From a virus (taxonomy: Duplodnaviria; Caudoviricetes): a stretch of DNA of 52,080 nt. The notes under the pieces were generated by a model that saw nothing but the letters and a program-made list of their open reading frames with translations, searched no databases and was not told the origin of the DNA. The position numbers and the translations under genes are program-made. Each line of letters starts with the position of its first letter. The first letter of the stretch is position 1. The DNA lies in the IMG/VR virus record IMGVR_UViG_3300042363_000655, positions 1-52,080 of that record. One strand, written 5' to 3'. This document shows positions 28,118 through 37,462 of this stretch, one piece after another.

Positions 28118-28886
28118 AACCATATGGGGTAGGGAAGAACATCAGTTCTTTAACAATAATCTCAAGTTCTACCACGATGAAATAAGAAAAGCTAAAGCAG
28201 TAGACGATCAGTTTGATATAAAAGATCAGATGGTGATAGTATGGGATGAGCCTAATAGACTCCTTATGGAAGAGTTAGGCTACCCCTATCACTATATGGG
28301 AGAGAGTCGTTATAGTTTTCATACTAATTTTCTGTATAAGATATTAGCATTGAAAAAAGCTATGACAATGTACGATGAAATTCTATTCCTAGATTGGGAT
28401 TGCTTCCCTCAGAAACCTTTAGATTGGAAATTCTATGAGAAGTTGAGAGAAAAAGCTCCTGTACAGATGCCTTTATACTTCTACCCTAATGAGCTTTTAG
28501 AAAGCTATCAAACAATATCTCCTTTCGTTAATGAGGGGCTACATTACTTCAATATGTTCTACTATCAGATTTTGAGATTAGGTAGATGGACTTTTAGAGG
28601 AGGTTTAGTTATACCAAACGCAGGTTTTATCTACTGTAGAGATAAAGAGTTCTTCAATGCATTACATCAGATACAGATTGACAATGGAATCATTTCAAAT
28701 GTAGAGGAGGTATGCGCTCTTATCTACTTTAATACATTTGTACACAGCACTGAAGAATACTTACAGAAAATCGAACCTGTAGTATGTTTGGGTAAAGATG
28801 ATTTGGAGATGAGAGAAAAACAGATTATACTTAATAAGTATTCAATAGAAAAATTAAATAAAGACATTTACTTTATACATGAGTAA
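28104..28886 (+). CDS. GT-A-like (DxD) protein
   Basis: YKILAL......YDEILFLDWDCF, PNAGFIY. Confidence 0.6.
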   Translation: MKIIRTIWGREEHQFFNNNLKFYHDEIRKAKAVDDQFDIKDQMVIVWDEPNRLLMEELGYPYHYMGESRYSFHTNFLYKILALKKAMTMYDEILFLDWDCFPQKPLDWKFYEKLREKAPVQMPLYFYPNELLESYQTISPFVNEGLHYFNMFYYQILRLGRWTFRGGLVIPNAGFIYCRDKEFFNALHQIQIDNGIISNVEEVCALIYFNTFVHSTEEYLQKIEPVVCLGKDDLEMREKQIILNKYSIEKLNKDIYFIHE

Positions 28887-29835
28887 CTATAAAATTATAT
28901 ACGTCACCTGGACTAAGCCTTATTTTAATAAGAATAACTTTACCGGAATAAAGAGCTACTTAAAAGATGGTAGCGAAATCTCTCAAGAGTATAAGCTAGA
29001 AGATTATGAAAAGCTTATGCAGATCTATAGCTTTACATCAGCTAAAAGACATACAGGTGCTCGTATAAAGATGTACACAGATACAGCTGGTTACGAATAT
29101 TACCGTAAAGAAAATATGCTGCAATACTTTGATGAAGTAGATGTAGACTTCCTTAACTCAGTTAATGCAGATAGCAGTATCGATCCAGCTAAGTTCTGGA
29201 CAAGCGGTAAGATTTTAAGCATATGTAATGAAGAGCCTCCTTTCTTATTTTTAGATACAGACTTCTTTATTCTAGATAAGATACCGGATTGGGTATTCGA
29301 AAAGGATGTTACTCATGCTCATTGGGAGCTACTTAGAGCTTGGCTTTATGTTGCAGAAGGAAGAGTTAAAGATGAATTCAAACTAGACATTCCAGAATTC
29401 TCAGAGACGATGTTAATACCTAATACCTCTTTCCTATTTATGAAAGATAATGATCTAGTAAGATCTATTCAAAAGAGGTATAAAGAGTTGCATTTACAGA
29501 TTGTGACTAAGGATTATAATTACGTACCAGATGAGTTATGGCTGATGACAGATCAGAATATTTTAGGATATATCTTACGACATAAGAATGCAAATGTAGG
29601 ACATGCTATTAATAAAATCTACATTCAGTTTGCAGATAACTTAGGTAGTAAAGTTGTAGGTAATACTCCTAGATGGACTCATTTTGATAATATAGACAAA
29701 CTACTGCCAGAAGTGAAATACCATCACGTCTGGTTTGAGAAAACACACCTACATCAGAACCCAGTATATAAAGAGACTGTTACTAGAGACTGGCGTTTGC
29801 GTATTAGTGAAAATTTAAAAGCATTAAGTTTATGA
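28879..29835 (+). CDS. DUF6734-like GT-A fold protein
   Basis: MYTD..G, FW..GK, PFLFLDTDFF, PNTS. Confidence 0.6.
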   Translation: MSNYKIIYVTWTKPYFNKNNFTGIKSYLKDGSEISQEYKLEDYEKLMQIYSFTSAKRHTGARIKMYTDTAGYEYYRKENMLQYFDEVDVDFLNSVNADSSIDPAKFWTSGKILSICNEEPPFLFLDTDFFILDKIPDWVFEKDVTHAHWELLRAWLYVAEGRVKDEFKLDIPEFSETMLIPNTSFLFMKDNDLVRSIQKRYKELHLQIVTKDYNYVPDELWLMTDQNILGYILRHKNANVGHAINKIYIQFADNLGSKVVGNTPRWTHFDNIDKLLPEVKYHHVWFEKTHLHQNPVYKETVTRDWRLRISENLKALSL

Positions 29836-30275
29836 TTTACTGGTTTACCGGACAGCCTGGAGCTGGAAAGACGACCTTAGCGTACATGCTATCCACCCAT
29901 TTATATAAGGATGCAATCAACGTTGACGGAGATGATATTAGAGAGATTTTTGATAACAAAGACTATTCAGAAGCTGGAAGGAGAAAGAATATAGAACTAG
30001 CTCAGAATATGGCTCATTTCCTCCATCATAAAGGCTACAACGTTTTTGTATCGCTTGTAGCACCTTATAAAGATCAAAGAGAAAGCTTCAAAGAGAAGCT
30101 AGGAAACGGTATAGTAGAGCTTTATGTACATGCCTTTGAAGATAGAGGACGTACTCAATTTCATGTAGCTAACTACGAACCACCTACAGAGAATTTTATT
30201 GATGTAGATACAACAAACGATACCCCTTTTCAATCTTATATGAAAATTAAAGAAAAGTTGGAACTCGACAAATAA
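29832..30275 (+). CDS. cysC: adenylyl-sulfate (APS) kinase
   Basis: YWFTGQPGAGKTT, VDGDDIR, DYSEAGR..N, VSLVAPY, YEPP. Confidence 0.9.
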   Translation: MIYWFTGQPGAGKTTLAYMLSTHLYKDAINVDGDDIREIFDNKDYSEAGRRKNIELAQNMAHFLHHKGYNVFVSLVAPYKDQRESFKEKLGNGIVELYVHAFEDRGRTQFHVANYEPPTENFIDVDTTNDTPFQSYMKIKEKLELDK

Positions 30276-30288
30276 AATCGTATCTTAA
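30257..30288 (+). promoter_or_regulatory. putative phage promoter GTTGG-N16-TCGTATCTTAA
   Basis: Repeated motif family. Confidence 0.55.
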
Positions 30289-30291
30289 AGT

Positions 30292-30693
30292 ATGAGTCAG
30301 AAATATTTAGCTACCGCAGCATTTCAATCTTCCTCAAATGAGGTAAAGTATTCTATGTTTATCGGTAGATGGCAACCTTGGCATGCTGGGCACCGCTGGT
30401 TGATCGATCAGAGATTAAACGAAGGTAAGAAGGTTTTACTAGCTATTAGAGATGTAGAACCTGATGAAAGAAATCCTTGGACACCTCAAGAAGTATTACA
30501 GAATCTAACACACGAGTTATTAGATTTGATACAAGAAGGACGTCTTAAGATTATTATCATTCCGGATATTGAATCTGTTAATATCGGACGAGGAGTTGGT
30601 TACGATGTTATTGAGCATGTACCACCAGAAGAAGTTAGAGAGATATCTGCTACTGCTGTCCGTAATAAGATGAAAGAGGAGGGTAAGTTATGA
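30292..30693 (+). CDS. HxGH nucleotidyltransferase (cytidyltransferase-like; possible minimal sulfate adenylyltransferase)
   Basis: FIGRWQPWHAGH, NP, GRGVGY, ISATAVR. Confidence 0.8.
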   Translation: MSQKYLATAAFQSSSNEVKYSMFIGRWQPWHAGHRWLIDQRLNEGKKVLLAIRDVEPDERNPWTPQEVLQNLTHELLDLIQEGRLKIIIIPDIESVNIGRGVGYDVIEHVPPEEVREISATAVRNKMKEEGKL

Positions 30694-30905
30694 TAGTAGA
30701 AAAGAAAAGACACATCGCTAAAACGATTAGCTATAGAGTAGTCAGTACTGCTATTGGATTTGCTACGATGTGGGCAGTAACTGGTTCAGTTAAATTTGGA
30801 GCAGCATTTGGAGTAGCAGAACTACTTTGGAAACCAATTCAGTATTATATACATGAACGTGTCTGGTACAGATGGATTAAGTACGGATTAAAAAAAGATA
30901 AATGA
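30690..30905 (+). CDS. DUF2061 family membrane protein
   Basis: RHIAKTISYR ... YYIHERVW. Confidence 0.85.
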   Translation: MIVEKKRHIAKTISYRVVSTAIGFATMWAVTGSVKFGAAFGVAELLWKPIQYYIHERVWYRWIKYGLKKDK

Positions 30906-31237
30906 TATACCTACTAACCTTTATTCTATTTATAGGTGTGCTTTATTATACTATCGGCTGGAATAAGATTGTCGATAGGTATAAAATGTTCCTATTGAAA
31001 GATTACTGGACAGATTATAATGTAATTGAGTTTTGTGCCTGGATGGCCAAAGCTCTTATTATAGTACCAGGTTTAATATTTGGAATAGAGATATGGTGGC
31101 TTCATTTCTTAACCTTGATAACATCTTCAGCTTTGATATGGGCAAGTATGAGAAAGAGTCTCCCTACCCTGATTGCATTTAATACTATTTGGATTTGTAT
31201 CTCTTTAACGATAATACTGAGACATATACTTAACTAG
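30902..31237 (+). CDS. small multi-pass membrane protein
   Basis: Several hydrophobic helices. Confidence 0.7.
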   Translation: MIYLLTFILFIGVLYYTIGWNKIVDRYKMFLLKDYWTDYNVIEFCAWMAKALIIVPGLIFGIEIWWLHFLTLITSSALIWASMRKSLPTLIAFNTIWICISLTIILRHILN

Positions 31238-31239
31238 GT

Positions 31240-31521
31240 ATGGACTTAAAGGAGATTATCACATCATGGCTTATAAAGAATAATCCTACTGAAACTCAGC
31301 AACAATTAGCTGTAGAGAGGTATGCAATATGTGAGCAATGTCCTTCTAGAACTAGTATGCTACTCCAGAAAAAGTGGACTGAGTATTGTTCAGAATGTGG
31401 ATGCCCTTTGCAAGGTAAAATATTTACTCCAAAGTATAATGGATGTCCTCTAGATAAGTGGAAAGATATCGAAGAGAAATATGTACCTAATTATACAAAA
31501 AATAAAAAGACTGTTATATGA
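31240..31521 (+). CDS. Cys-rich metal-binding protein (CxxC...CxxCGC...CP..KW) with C-terminal KKTVI tail
   Basis: Six conserved Cys; paralog of 42653-42886. Confidence 0.75.
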   Translation: MDLKEIITSWLIKNNPTETQQQLAVERYAICEQCPSRTSMLLQKKWTEYCSECGCPLQGKIFTPKYNGCPLDKWKDIEEKYVPNYTKNKKTVI

Positions 31522-32048
31522 TAGATCAGCTTATTCAGATTGATAACTTCTTTAAAAAACCAGATCAAATTAGGGCAATGGCTCTAAAGATGAAGTATAC
31601 TGCTTCAGATGAAACAACCGGATGGAAGGGATATCGAGCATTAGAACAATCTTCTTATAATGATGAATTAGTTGAGTATATAAAATCTAAGATAGATGGT
31701 TCATTTTACAATACTAACTTCGATACATACTTCCATTATACTTTAGAAGAGACAAAAAAAGAAGTATCCTCTTTCAGTAAGAATAAAATACATAGAGACT
31801 CCGGAAGGGACTATGCAGGGGTTATATACCTTAACCCAAACCCTCAACCAAACTCAGGAACAGTCTTCTACGATGATGACTATAGAGTTATACATACAGT
31901 AGAGAATGTATATAACCGGTTTGTATTTTACCCATCTAGAATCTTACATGCAGTAGAAAATCCTTTTGGAGACTCTATAGAGAATGGAAGACTAACCTTT
32001 ACTATTTTTGTAGGACTGCCACAGAAGAAAACTAAATCTATTCTATGA
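31518..32048 (+). CDS. 2OG-Fe(II) oxygenase
   Basis: IDNFF..PD, HRD, AGVIYL, GT.FY, NRFVFY...LH, RLT. Confidence 0.85.
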   Translation: MIDQLIQIDNFFKKPDQIRAMALKMKYTASDETTGWKGYRALEQSSYNDELVEYIKSKIDGSFYNTNFDTYFHYTLEETKKEVSSFSKNKIHRDSGRDYAGVIYLNPNPQPNSGTVFYDDDYRVIHTVENVYNRFVFYPSRILHAVENPFGDSIENGRLTFTIFVGLPQKKTKSIL

Positions 32049-32638
32049 TAGTTCAAAAGCTTATATTAACAGATTCATTAGAAGTATACAAAGCAACTTA
32101 TGACTGGAGATACTCAAAAGAGAGTCTTATACATAGAATAAAACAGAACAACTTCTTACTAGGATTGACAGATGTTAATACTACTGAGATAAAACTTCAG
32201 TCACCAGAGTTAGATTATATAAAGAACCTTGGGTATACTATTGCAAAACAATTACCAGGGTTGCCAGAAAATTGGAACGGTAGCTGGGTAGGGAAGACTT
32301 GGAGTTATATTCAACGTCCTGATTCTATAGCTCCATCACAAAACTGGCATACACATAATGCAGCTATAAACTTTCCAGATAGTCCGATAAACGCTCCGGT
32401 ACTAACAGATTGGACTTATTGTCTATATGTACAAATACCTTCAGACTTGCAAGGAACCGAAGGAGCACTTTCTCTTATGGACTCTAATAATAAAGTTGTC
32501 AATATAGTTCCTCAAGAAGGAGATATTTTCTTCTTCAAAGGAGATGTTAGACATAAACCAAGACTGTCCCCTTCTTCTAAAGAAGATCGAATTGCTCTAT
32601 GTTCTAATATCAGTTTTAACATACCTAGCCTTATTTAG
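32045..32638 (+). CDS. 2OG-Fe(II) oxygenase-like (HxH type)
   Basis: WHTH, YVQIP, EGAL, PQEGDIFFF...VRH, RIA...N. Confidence 0.8.
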   Translation: MIVQKLILTDSLEVYKATYDWRYSKESLIHRIKQNNFLLGLTDVNTTEIKLQSPELDYIKNLGYTIAKQLPGLPENWNGSWVGKTWSYIQRPDSIAPSQNWHTHNAAINFPDSPINAPVLTDWTYCLYVQIPSDLQGTEGALSLMDSNNKVVNIVPQEGDIFFFKGDVRHKPRLSPSSKEDRIALCSNISFNIPSLI

Positions 32639-32683
32639 TTGCTACAACTATTTATAATAAACTCAATAAATTAAAATCACAAT

Positions 32684-34603
32684 ATGAAAGCTGTTTTAAT
32701 AGGAAGCGATTTTTTGTTAGATGATAACGGAAATGCAAAGATACTAGAGATGAATACAAATGCGAGCGTATACCAAAGTATGCTTCCTCATTTAGACTTC
32801 TCAGCCGTTACAGAATTAATAGAACAGAACTCAATCAATGAGGTTGTTTATATCTTCAGCAATGAACATATAGTAGTAGACCCTAATATGAGATTGAATA
32901 TAACACTGGGTAGTAGATTACAACAAATCTGCCAAACATTAGGTATAGCATACACACCGTATCAGGTAAATGTAAATGCTACGACAGTTCCTTATATTGA
33001 AGACGCTCCTAATAAATTAATCTTTAGACAAGCTTTCGATTCAACAGCTTTAATTGATGATGAATATTGTGCAGATAAATTAAACTTACAAGAACTTATT
33101 AAAGACGAATCATATACCGTAGGTACTTATGCTTCATCTACTTTACATAATATAGATACATTAAACAGCCTTACTCCTAAAGAACCTAATATTATAGTAA
33201 AGGCAAAGTATCCACATTATGACGGATTACTATTCCCAGAAGCACACTACCTTACATCTACTGAACAGTTAGATGAATTAAAAGGAGCTTACGGGACTGA
33301 CTATTATATTCAAGAATTTATCAATTCAGATAATAACCTAGTACAAGGAAAATATTCAATTATAAGATCTTTTGATTTAGTTTACGGAAGTACTTTAGAG
33401 GTGTTACACCTAGGATCTTATCATCAAAGCTCTCAAGTAACTACAGACATTTGGCCTAATGAATATGTGAGTGGATCTACTAAGATGACAACTAAGTCAA
33501 AATTAAAATGGATTACAAAACCTAGTCAGAATCAAAAAAGAACTTATCATTTAGATAATGATACAAAAGTAGTAGCAGCTAATGGAGAGTACTTATTACC
33601 GTCTCAACTATATCAAGGACTTCAAGTAAAGTCTGCAGCTTTTAGTAACTTCCCAACAGGGTCTATTGTTGATATCTTTGCACATACTTCCTCTTTCCAG
33701 GAAATGTCTGATAGCCTTGTAATAAACACAGCTGAAGTAATTGACCTATATAGTGCTAGTTTAGAAGGAGTTTATTTACATGTTACATTAGAAGACGGTA
33801 CAAACTGGGATGATTCAACTAAGTCAACTATATACGTAGAAGTAAGCGGAAGTACTAAGACACAGTTTAAAGCACTAGCGCAGGTTGATTTAGGAGATAA
33901 AATTATTGTAGTTAACCATAATACAAATGAGCTAGAAAAAAGAGAAGTTACAGAATTAGAACCTCTTTTTGATACAAAGGTAATTTACGAAGTAGATGTT
34001 GAAGACCAAGATATCTTCTTATCTGTACTAGATGAAGAAGAAGGTATTGCGTTAGTACAACACAATCCATGTTGGTGTAACGGATATAATTGTGGATGGT
34101 GGAGCTGTCAAAGTTATTGCACACAATGTAATAGCTGTTTTATAGGAGAAACACTTATTGAAACAGTACAAGGACAGAAGCAAATTAAAGATGTAGAGGT
34201 TGGAGATCTTATAGACTCATACGACATAATTACAAATACTATTGTTACCAAGAAAGTAACAGGTCTTTGGAAGTCTGAATACGATAATAACTTGGTAATT
34301 ATCAACGGTATTAAAACTCAAGCAACAGTCGGCCATCCTTTTGCAGTTAAAACTATAGAAGGAGATATCAGCTTTGCTGCTTACGATCCAGAAGCAGATA
34401 AAGGACATTTAGACCATGGAGTTGAAATAGAACAATTAGAAGTAAATGGAAAGTATGTCAATATAAAAGGAGAGTGGAAGCTTATTGAAAGTATAGAATT
34501 AGAACCATATAAGGGAATAGTATATAACTTAGCAGTAGAAGACACTCATACATTTATCGCAAACGATATAATAGTACACAATTTCGGAGAGAAAAAAGCA
34601 TAA
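32684..34603 (+). CDS. circularly permuted ATP-grasp ligase fused to Hint domain, Cys/Trp-rich peptide and second Hint domain
   Basis: N-terminal GSDFLLD..G...ILEMNTN, IIVK..YP, IQEFI; Hint-1 ends IYEVDVEDQDIF...VQHN; Hint-2 CFIGETLI...TVGHPF...VYNLAVEDTHTFIANDIIVHN. Confidence 0.85.
   Translation: MKAVLIGSDFLLDDNGNAKILEMNTNASVYQSMLPHLDFSAVTELIEQNSINEVVYIFSNEHIVVDPNMRLNITLGSRLQQICQTLGIAYTPYQVNVNATTVPYIEDAPNKLIFRQAFDSTALIDDEYCADKLNLQELIKDESYTVGTYASSTLHNIDTLNSLTPKEPNIIVKAKYPHYDGLLFPEAHYLTSTEQLDELKGAYGTDYYIQEFINSDNNLVQGKYSIIRSFDLVYGSTLEVLHLGSYHQSSQVTTDIWPNEYVSGSTKMTTKSKLKWITKPSQNQKRTYHLDNDTKVVAANGEYLLPSQLYQGLQVKSAAFSNFPTGSIVDIFAHTSSFQEMSDSLVINTAEVIDLYSASLEGVYLHVTLEDGTNWDDSTKSTIYVEVSGSTKTQFKALAQVDLGDKIIVVNHNTNELEKREVTELEPLFDTKVIYEVDVEDQDIFLSVLDEEEGIALVQHNPCWCNGYNCGWWSCQSYCTQCNSCFIGETLIETVQGQKQIKDVEVGDLIDSYDIITNTIVTKKVTGLWKSEYDNNLVIINGIKTQATVGHPFAVKTIEGDISFAAYDPEADKGHLDHGVEIEQLEVNGKYVNIKGEWKLIESIELEPYKGIVYNLAVEDTHTFIANDIIVHNFGEKKA
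33548..34066 (+). other. Hint domain 1 (His at the Cys1 position, intact terminal His-Asn)
   Basis: HLDNDTKVVAANG aligns with CFIGETLIETVQG; block F/G present; no TxxH block B seen. Confidence 0.7.
34067..34135 (+). other. inter-Hint peptide PCWCNGYNCGWWSCQSYCTQCNS
   Basis: 23 codons between the HN of Hint-1 and the Cys1 of Hint-2; 6 Cys, 3 Trp, 2 Tyr. Confidence 0.75.
34136..34582 (+). other. Hint domain 2 (Cys1, TxxH block B, terminal His-Asn, Phe at +1)
   Basis: CFIGETLI...I.DVEVGD; ATVGHPF; IIVHN followed by FGEKKA. Confidence 0.9.
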
Positions 34604-34620
34604 TAGTAAAAGATAAGAAT

Positions 34621-34734
34621 ATGTCAAATACAATAAGAACAGTAGTACAACCAACTACACCTGCAAACGATCAGAAAGTAAAAGAAGTTATTCAATCAAT
34701 CGTAACATTGATAAAGAATAAACATTTAAGCTAA
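34621..34734 (+). CDS. 37-aa peptide MSNTIRTVVQPTTPANDQKVKEVIQSIVTLIKNKHLS (not in ORF track)
   Basis: Fills the gap between the Hint gene and the sulfotransferase; amphipathic C-terminal helix. Confidence 0.6.
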   Translation: MSNTIRTVVQPTTPANDQKVKEVIQSIVTLIKNKHLS

Positions 34735-34749
34735 TATTAAAAAATAGTT

Positions 34750-35454
34750 ATGCTTGTTGGAAATAAGTTTTTGTTTTTAAAGATACCTAGAACTGCAACT
34801 ACAGCTTTTGAGCGTTCTTGCTTTCTTGCAAATATAGAAGTTAGGTACCCTACCGATGAAATACTCTCTCAGAAGAGAGCAGCAAACGGTCAGTCTTCTC
34901 TAAGGCATTCACATGAACCGGTTAGTAAAATCCGAGAAGTTTTCGGAGATAGCTATCCCATAATTGCAGTAAGAAGAGATGACCTAGAGAGATTTATCTC
35001 TGCCTGGAAATTTTTTATAAAAGAGCTTGAAAAGGTAGATGTAGAAGCTGCTTCTATTCTAAAAGAAGTAGACAATAATACCTTTATAAACACCTGGATA
35101 AAAGAGCTTGGTTATTCTGCTGAGTTAGTTGAAATAGAAAAACTAATGGCATTTACAACAAGCCTTGTTGGGTACCCAGTTAAGTATAGTGCAAACTTAT
35201 TTACAATAATGTCTGCCGCAATGTCAGGCCCTTCTCGATGGCATCAAAATGACCCAAGTATTATATACTTTGATTTTAAGAATTTAAGTGAGTTAGAAAG
35301 GTATGTAAGAGAAACTGTAGATCCTTCTTTTGAACTTATTATATCCAACCATACAAGATTCCAGACAACTAAGTTAACACCTACAGATGACTTAAAGGAA
35401 TTTTATTATAAATGGGTAGAACCTGTCTATAAAAAGAACGTTACTTTAATCTAA
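34750..35454 (+). CDS. sulfotransferase family 2-like protein
   Basis: FLKIPRTATTA (5'-PSB), VRRDDLERFISAW (3'-PB). Confidence 0.8.
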   Translation: MLVGNKFLFLKIPRTATTAFERSCFLANIEVRYPTDEILSQKRAANGQSSLRHSHEPVSKIREVFGDSYPIIAVRRDDLERFISAWKFFIKELEKVDVEAASILKEVDNNTFINTWIKELGYSAELVEIEKLMAFTTSLVGYPVKYSANLFTIMSAAMSGPSRWHQNDPSIIYFDFKNLSELERYVRETVDPSFELIISNHTRFQTTKLTPTDDLKEFYYKWVEPVYKKNVTLI

Positions 35455-35936
35455 TGAAAATATATAATCACTTTTTTAAAGAGGATTTATTTGTAGAGAT
35501 TTGTGAATTTGCTAAGAAAAGTATCTATACAAAAGTAACTGGTAAGATTTATAACTACAAAGGAAAACATATTCAAGGTGGTTTAAGAAGAAGGATAGAA
35601 AAAGCCTTTAAGGAATATAACTTAACAGGAACTGTAGATACTCTCAGAGTACAATGCTTGGATACTAGCATCCAAGTTACAGAAAACTACCATCATCATG
35701 GACAGATTTATAAAGAGAACTTAGTATGTTTTCTTAATGAAGATTTCACCGGAGGAGAATTTGAATACATAGGAGAAAATACTGAGATAGTATCACCCAG
35801 TACCAATACTGCTTTAATATTTGGACCTGAATTAGAGCACAAAGTACTACCAGTAACTGAAGGAGTAAGGTATACATTAGTTGCTTTTTTAGCAGAAAAT
35901 TCATATCTTATTAAACAAGACAAGTCTTTAATATGA
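35454..35936 (+). CDS. 2OG-Fe(II) oxygenase (prolyl-hydroxylase-like)
   Basis: FLNEDFTGGEF, LIF...EHKVLPVTEGVRYTLV. Confidence 0.85.
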   Translation: MKIYNHFFKEDLFVEICEFAKKSIYTKVTGKIYNYKGKHIQGGLRRRIEKAFKEYNLTGTVDTLRVQCLDTSIQVTENYHHHGQIYKENLVCFLNEDFTGGEFEYIGENTEIVSPSTNTALIFGPELEHKVLPVTEGVRYTLVAFLAENSYLIKQDKSLI

Positions 35937-37462
35937 AAAAAATAGTTATACTAGGAGGAGGTACTGCTGGATGGATGACAGCTTTACAGGTGAGAAAGTT
36001 ATTCGATAAAGCTGATATAACTTTAATAGAAAGTACCTCTATAGGTATATTAGGAGCTGGTGAAGGATCAGTACCTACCCTTCCGGCTTTTTTAAGAAGC
36101 CTTGATATAAACTTAGGAGAATTTAAACAAGAATGTGATGCTACTTTTAAGTTAGGAATTAATTTTGAAAATTGGAATGGAGATAATAAAAACTACCTAC
36201 ATCCTTTCCTACCCACACCAGGCGATTCTCTAGACTTTAAGCAACTAAACGAACAAAATATAAGTTCAAAAGAAGGTATTCCTAATACAAACAGCGCTTA
36301 CTATCTTCTAAATTTATTAGCAAACGAAGAAGATCTTGATGAAAAACTACCAGTAAACAATTTAATACGTAATAAGAAAAGTCCTTACTATAGAGAGAAT
36401 AATCAAATTAAAGGATCTACTGGATTTTCTTTTCACTTCAATGCAAGAAAGCTAGCAAAATACTTACGTACAAAAGGTGAAGAAAGAGGTATAAAGGTAG
36501 TAGATGGAGAATTTGATAAAGCATTTATAGACGAAAGAGAATACATCACAGGAATATCACTTAAGGATGGAAGCTATTTCGAAAGCGATTTTATTTTCGA
36601 CTGTAGTGGATTTAAAAGATTACTAATAGGTAGCACTTATAAAACAGAATGGGTCTCTTACGACAAACACCTTACTGTTAACTCAGCAATCCCTTTCTTC
36701 CTTCCACAAACAGAGAAAGTAATTAGACCAGAAACTAGAGCAATCGCAATGAAGTATGGTTGGATGTGGCAGATACCGGTAGCAGGTAGATGGGGATGTG
36801 GATATATCTACGACGATCATTTTATAGACCAAGCTCAAGCAAAACTAGAAGTAGAAGAGATGTTAGGACATTCTATAGACAGCGACAAAGTGTTTAAATT
36901 TAATGCAGGAAGGTATAAAGAAGCTTGGAAGAAGAATTGTATAGCAGTAGGACTATCCTCAGGCTTTACAGAACCATTAGAGGCTACTTCTCTTATGATA
37001 GCAATGAATCAGTTACTTGCCTTAGATCCTACCTCTATGTTTATAGATAATCAAATGAGTAGAGATTTGTATAATAAAGCTATAGAAGATCTAAACGAAG
37101 AGACTATGAATTTTCTATACTACCATTATATGACTAGAAGAACAGATACAGAGTTCTGGAGCACTTATACTACTCGAACAGAAATCCCTGAACGGCTACA
37201 AAAAGTATTGGAGTTGTGGAAAATTAGACTTCCAAAAAATACTGACCTATCATTAGTTGGACATACTGGCTCTTTTGATACTTACAGCTGGTATTTAGTA
37301 GGTGCCGGCATAGGTCACTTAAGTATGGATTTAATAAAACAAGAAAACAAAGCATTAGGTTTAGATCAAAAACTAAGTACATTTAAGCAGCAGCTGTTAT
37401 CTCGTTTAGATAATATACGTGAAAACTCTATAGATAATATACAAGTAGGTTATGGATCCTAA
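35933..37462 (+). CDS. flavin-dependent tryptophan halogenase family protein
   Basis: GGGTAGW, GAGEGS, FKLGI.F.NW, FIFDCSGF, GWMWQIP, GFTEPLEATS. Confidence 0.92.
   Translation: MKKIVILGGGTAGWMTALQVRKLFDKADITLIESTSIGILGAGEGSVPTLPAFLRSLDINLGEFKQECDATFKLGINFENWNGDNKNYLHPFLPTPGDSLDFKQLNEQNISSKEGIPNTNSAYYLLNLLANEEDLDEKLPVNNLIRNKKSPYYRENNQIKGSTGFSFHFNARKLAKYLRTKGEERGIKVVDGEFDKAFIDEREYITGISLKDGSYFESDFIFDCSGFKRLLIGSTYKTEWVSYDKHLTVNSAIPFFLPQTEKVIRPETRAIAMKYGWMWQIPVAGRWGCGYIYDDHFIDQAQAKLEVEEMLGHSIDSDKVFKFNAGRYKEAWKKNCIAVGLSSGFTEPLEATSLMIAMNQLLALDPTSMFIDNQMSRDLYNKAIEDLNEETMNFLYYHYMTRRTDTEFWSTYTTRTEIPERLQKVLELWKIRLPKNTDLSLVGHTGSFDTYSWYLVGAGIGHLSMDLIKQENKALGLDQKLSTFKQQLLSRLDNIRENSIDNIQVGYGS

Noticed and set aside
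34217-34408. Short minus-strand ORFs overlapping Hint-2 as possible precursor peptides
   Set aside because: Antisense to a strongly conserved Hint domain; the in-frame inter-Hint peptide is the better candidate.
34136-34582. Hint-2 as a conventional mobile intein
   Set aside because: No homing endonuclease, Phe at +1, only six residues follow, and it is not inserted in a conserved enzyme motif.
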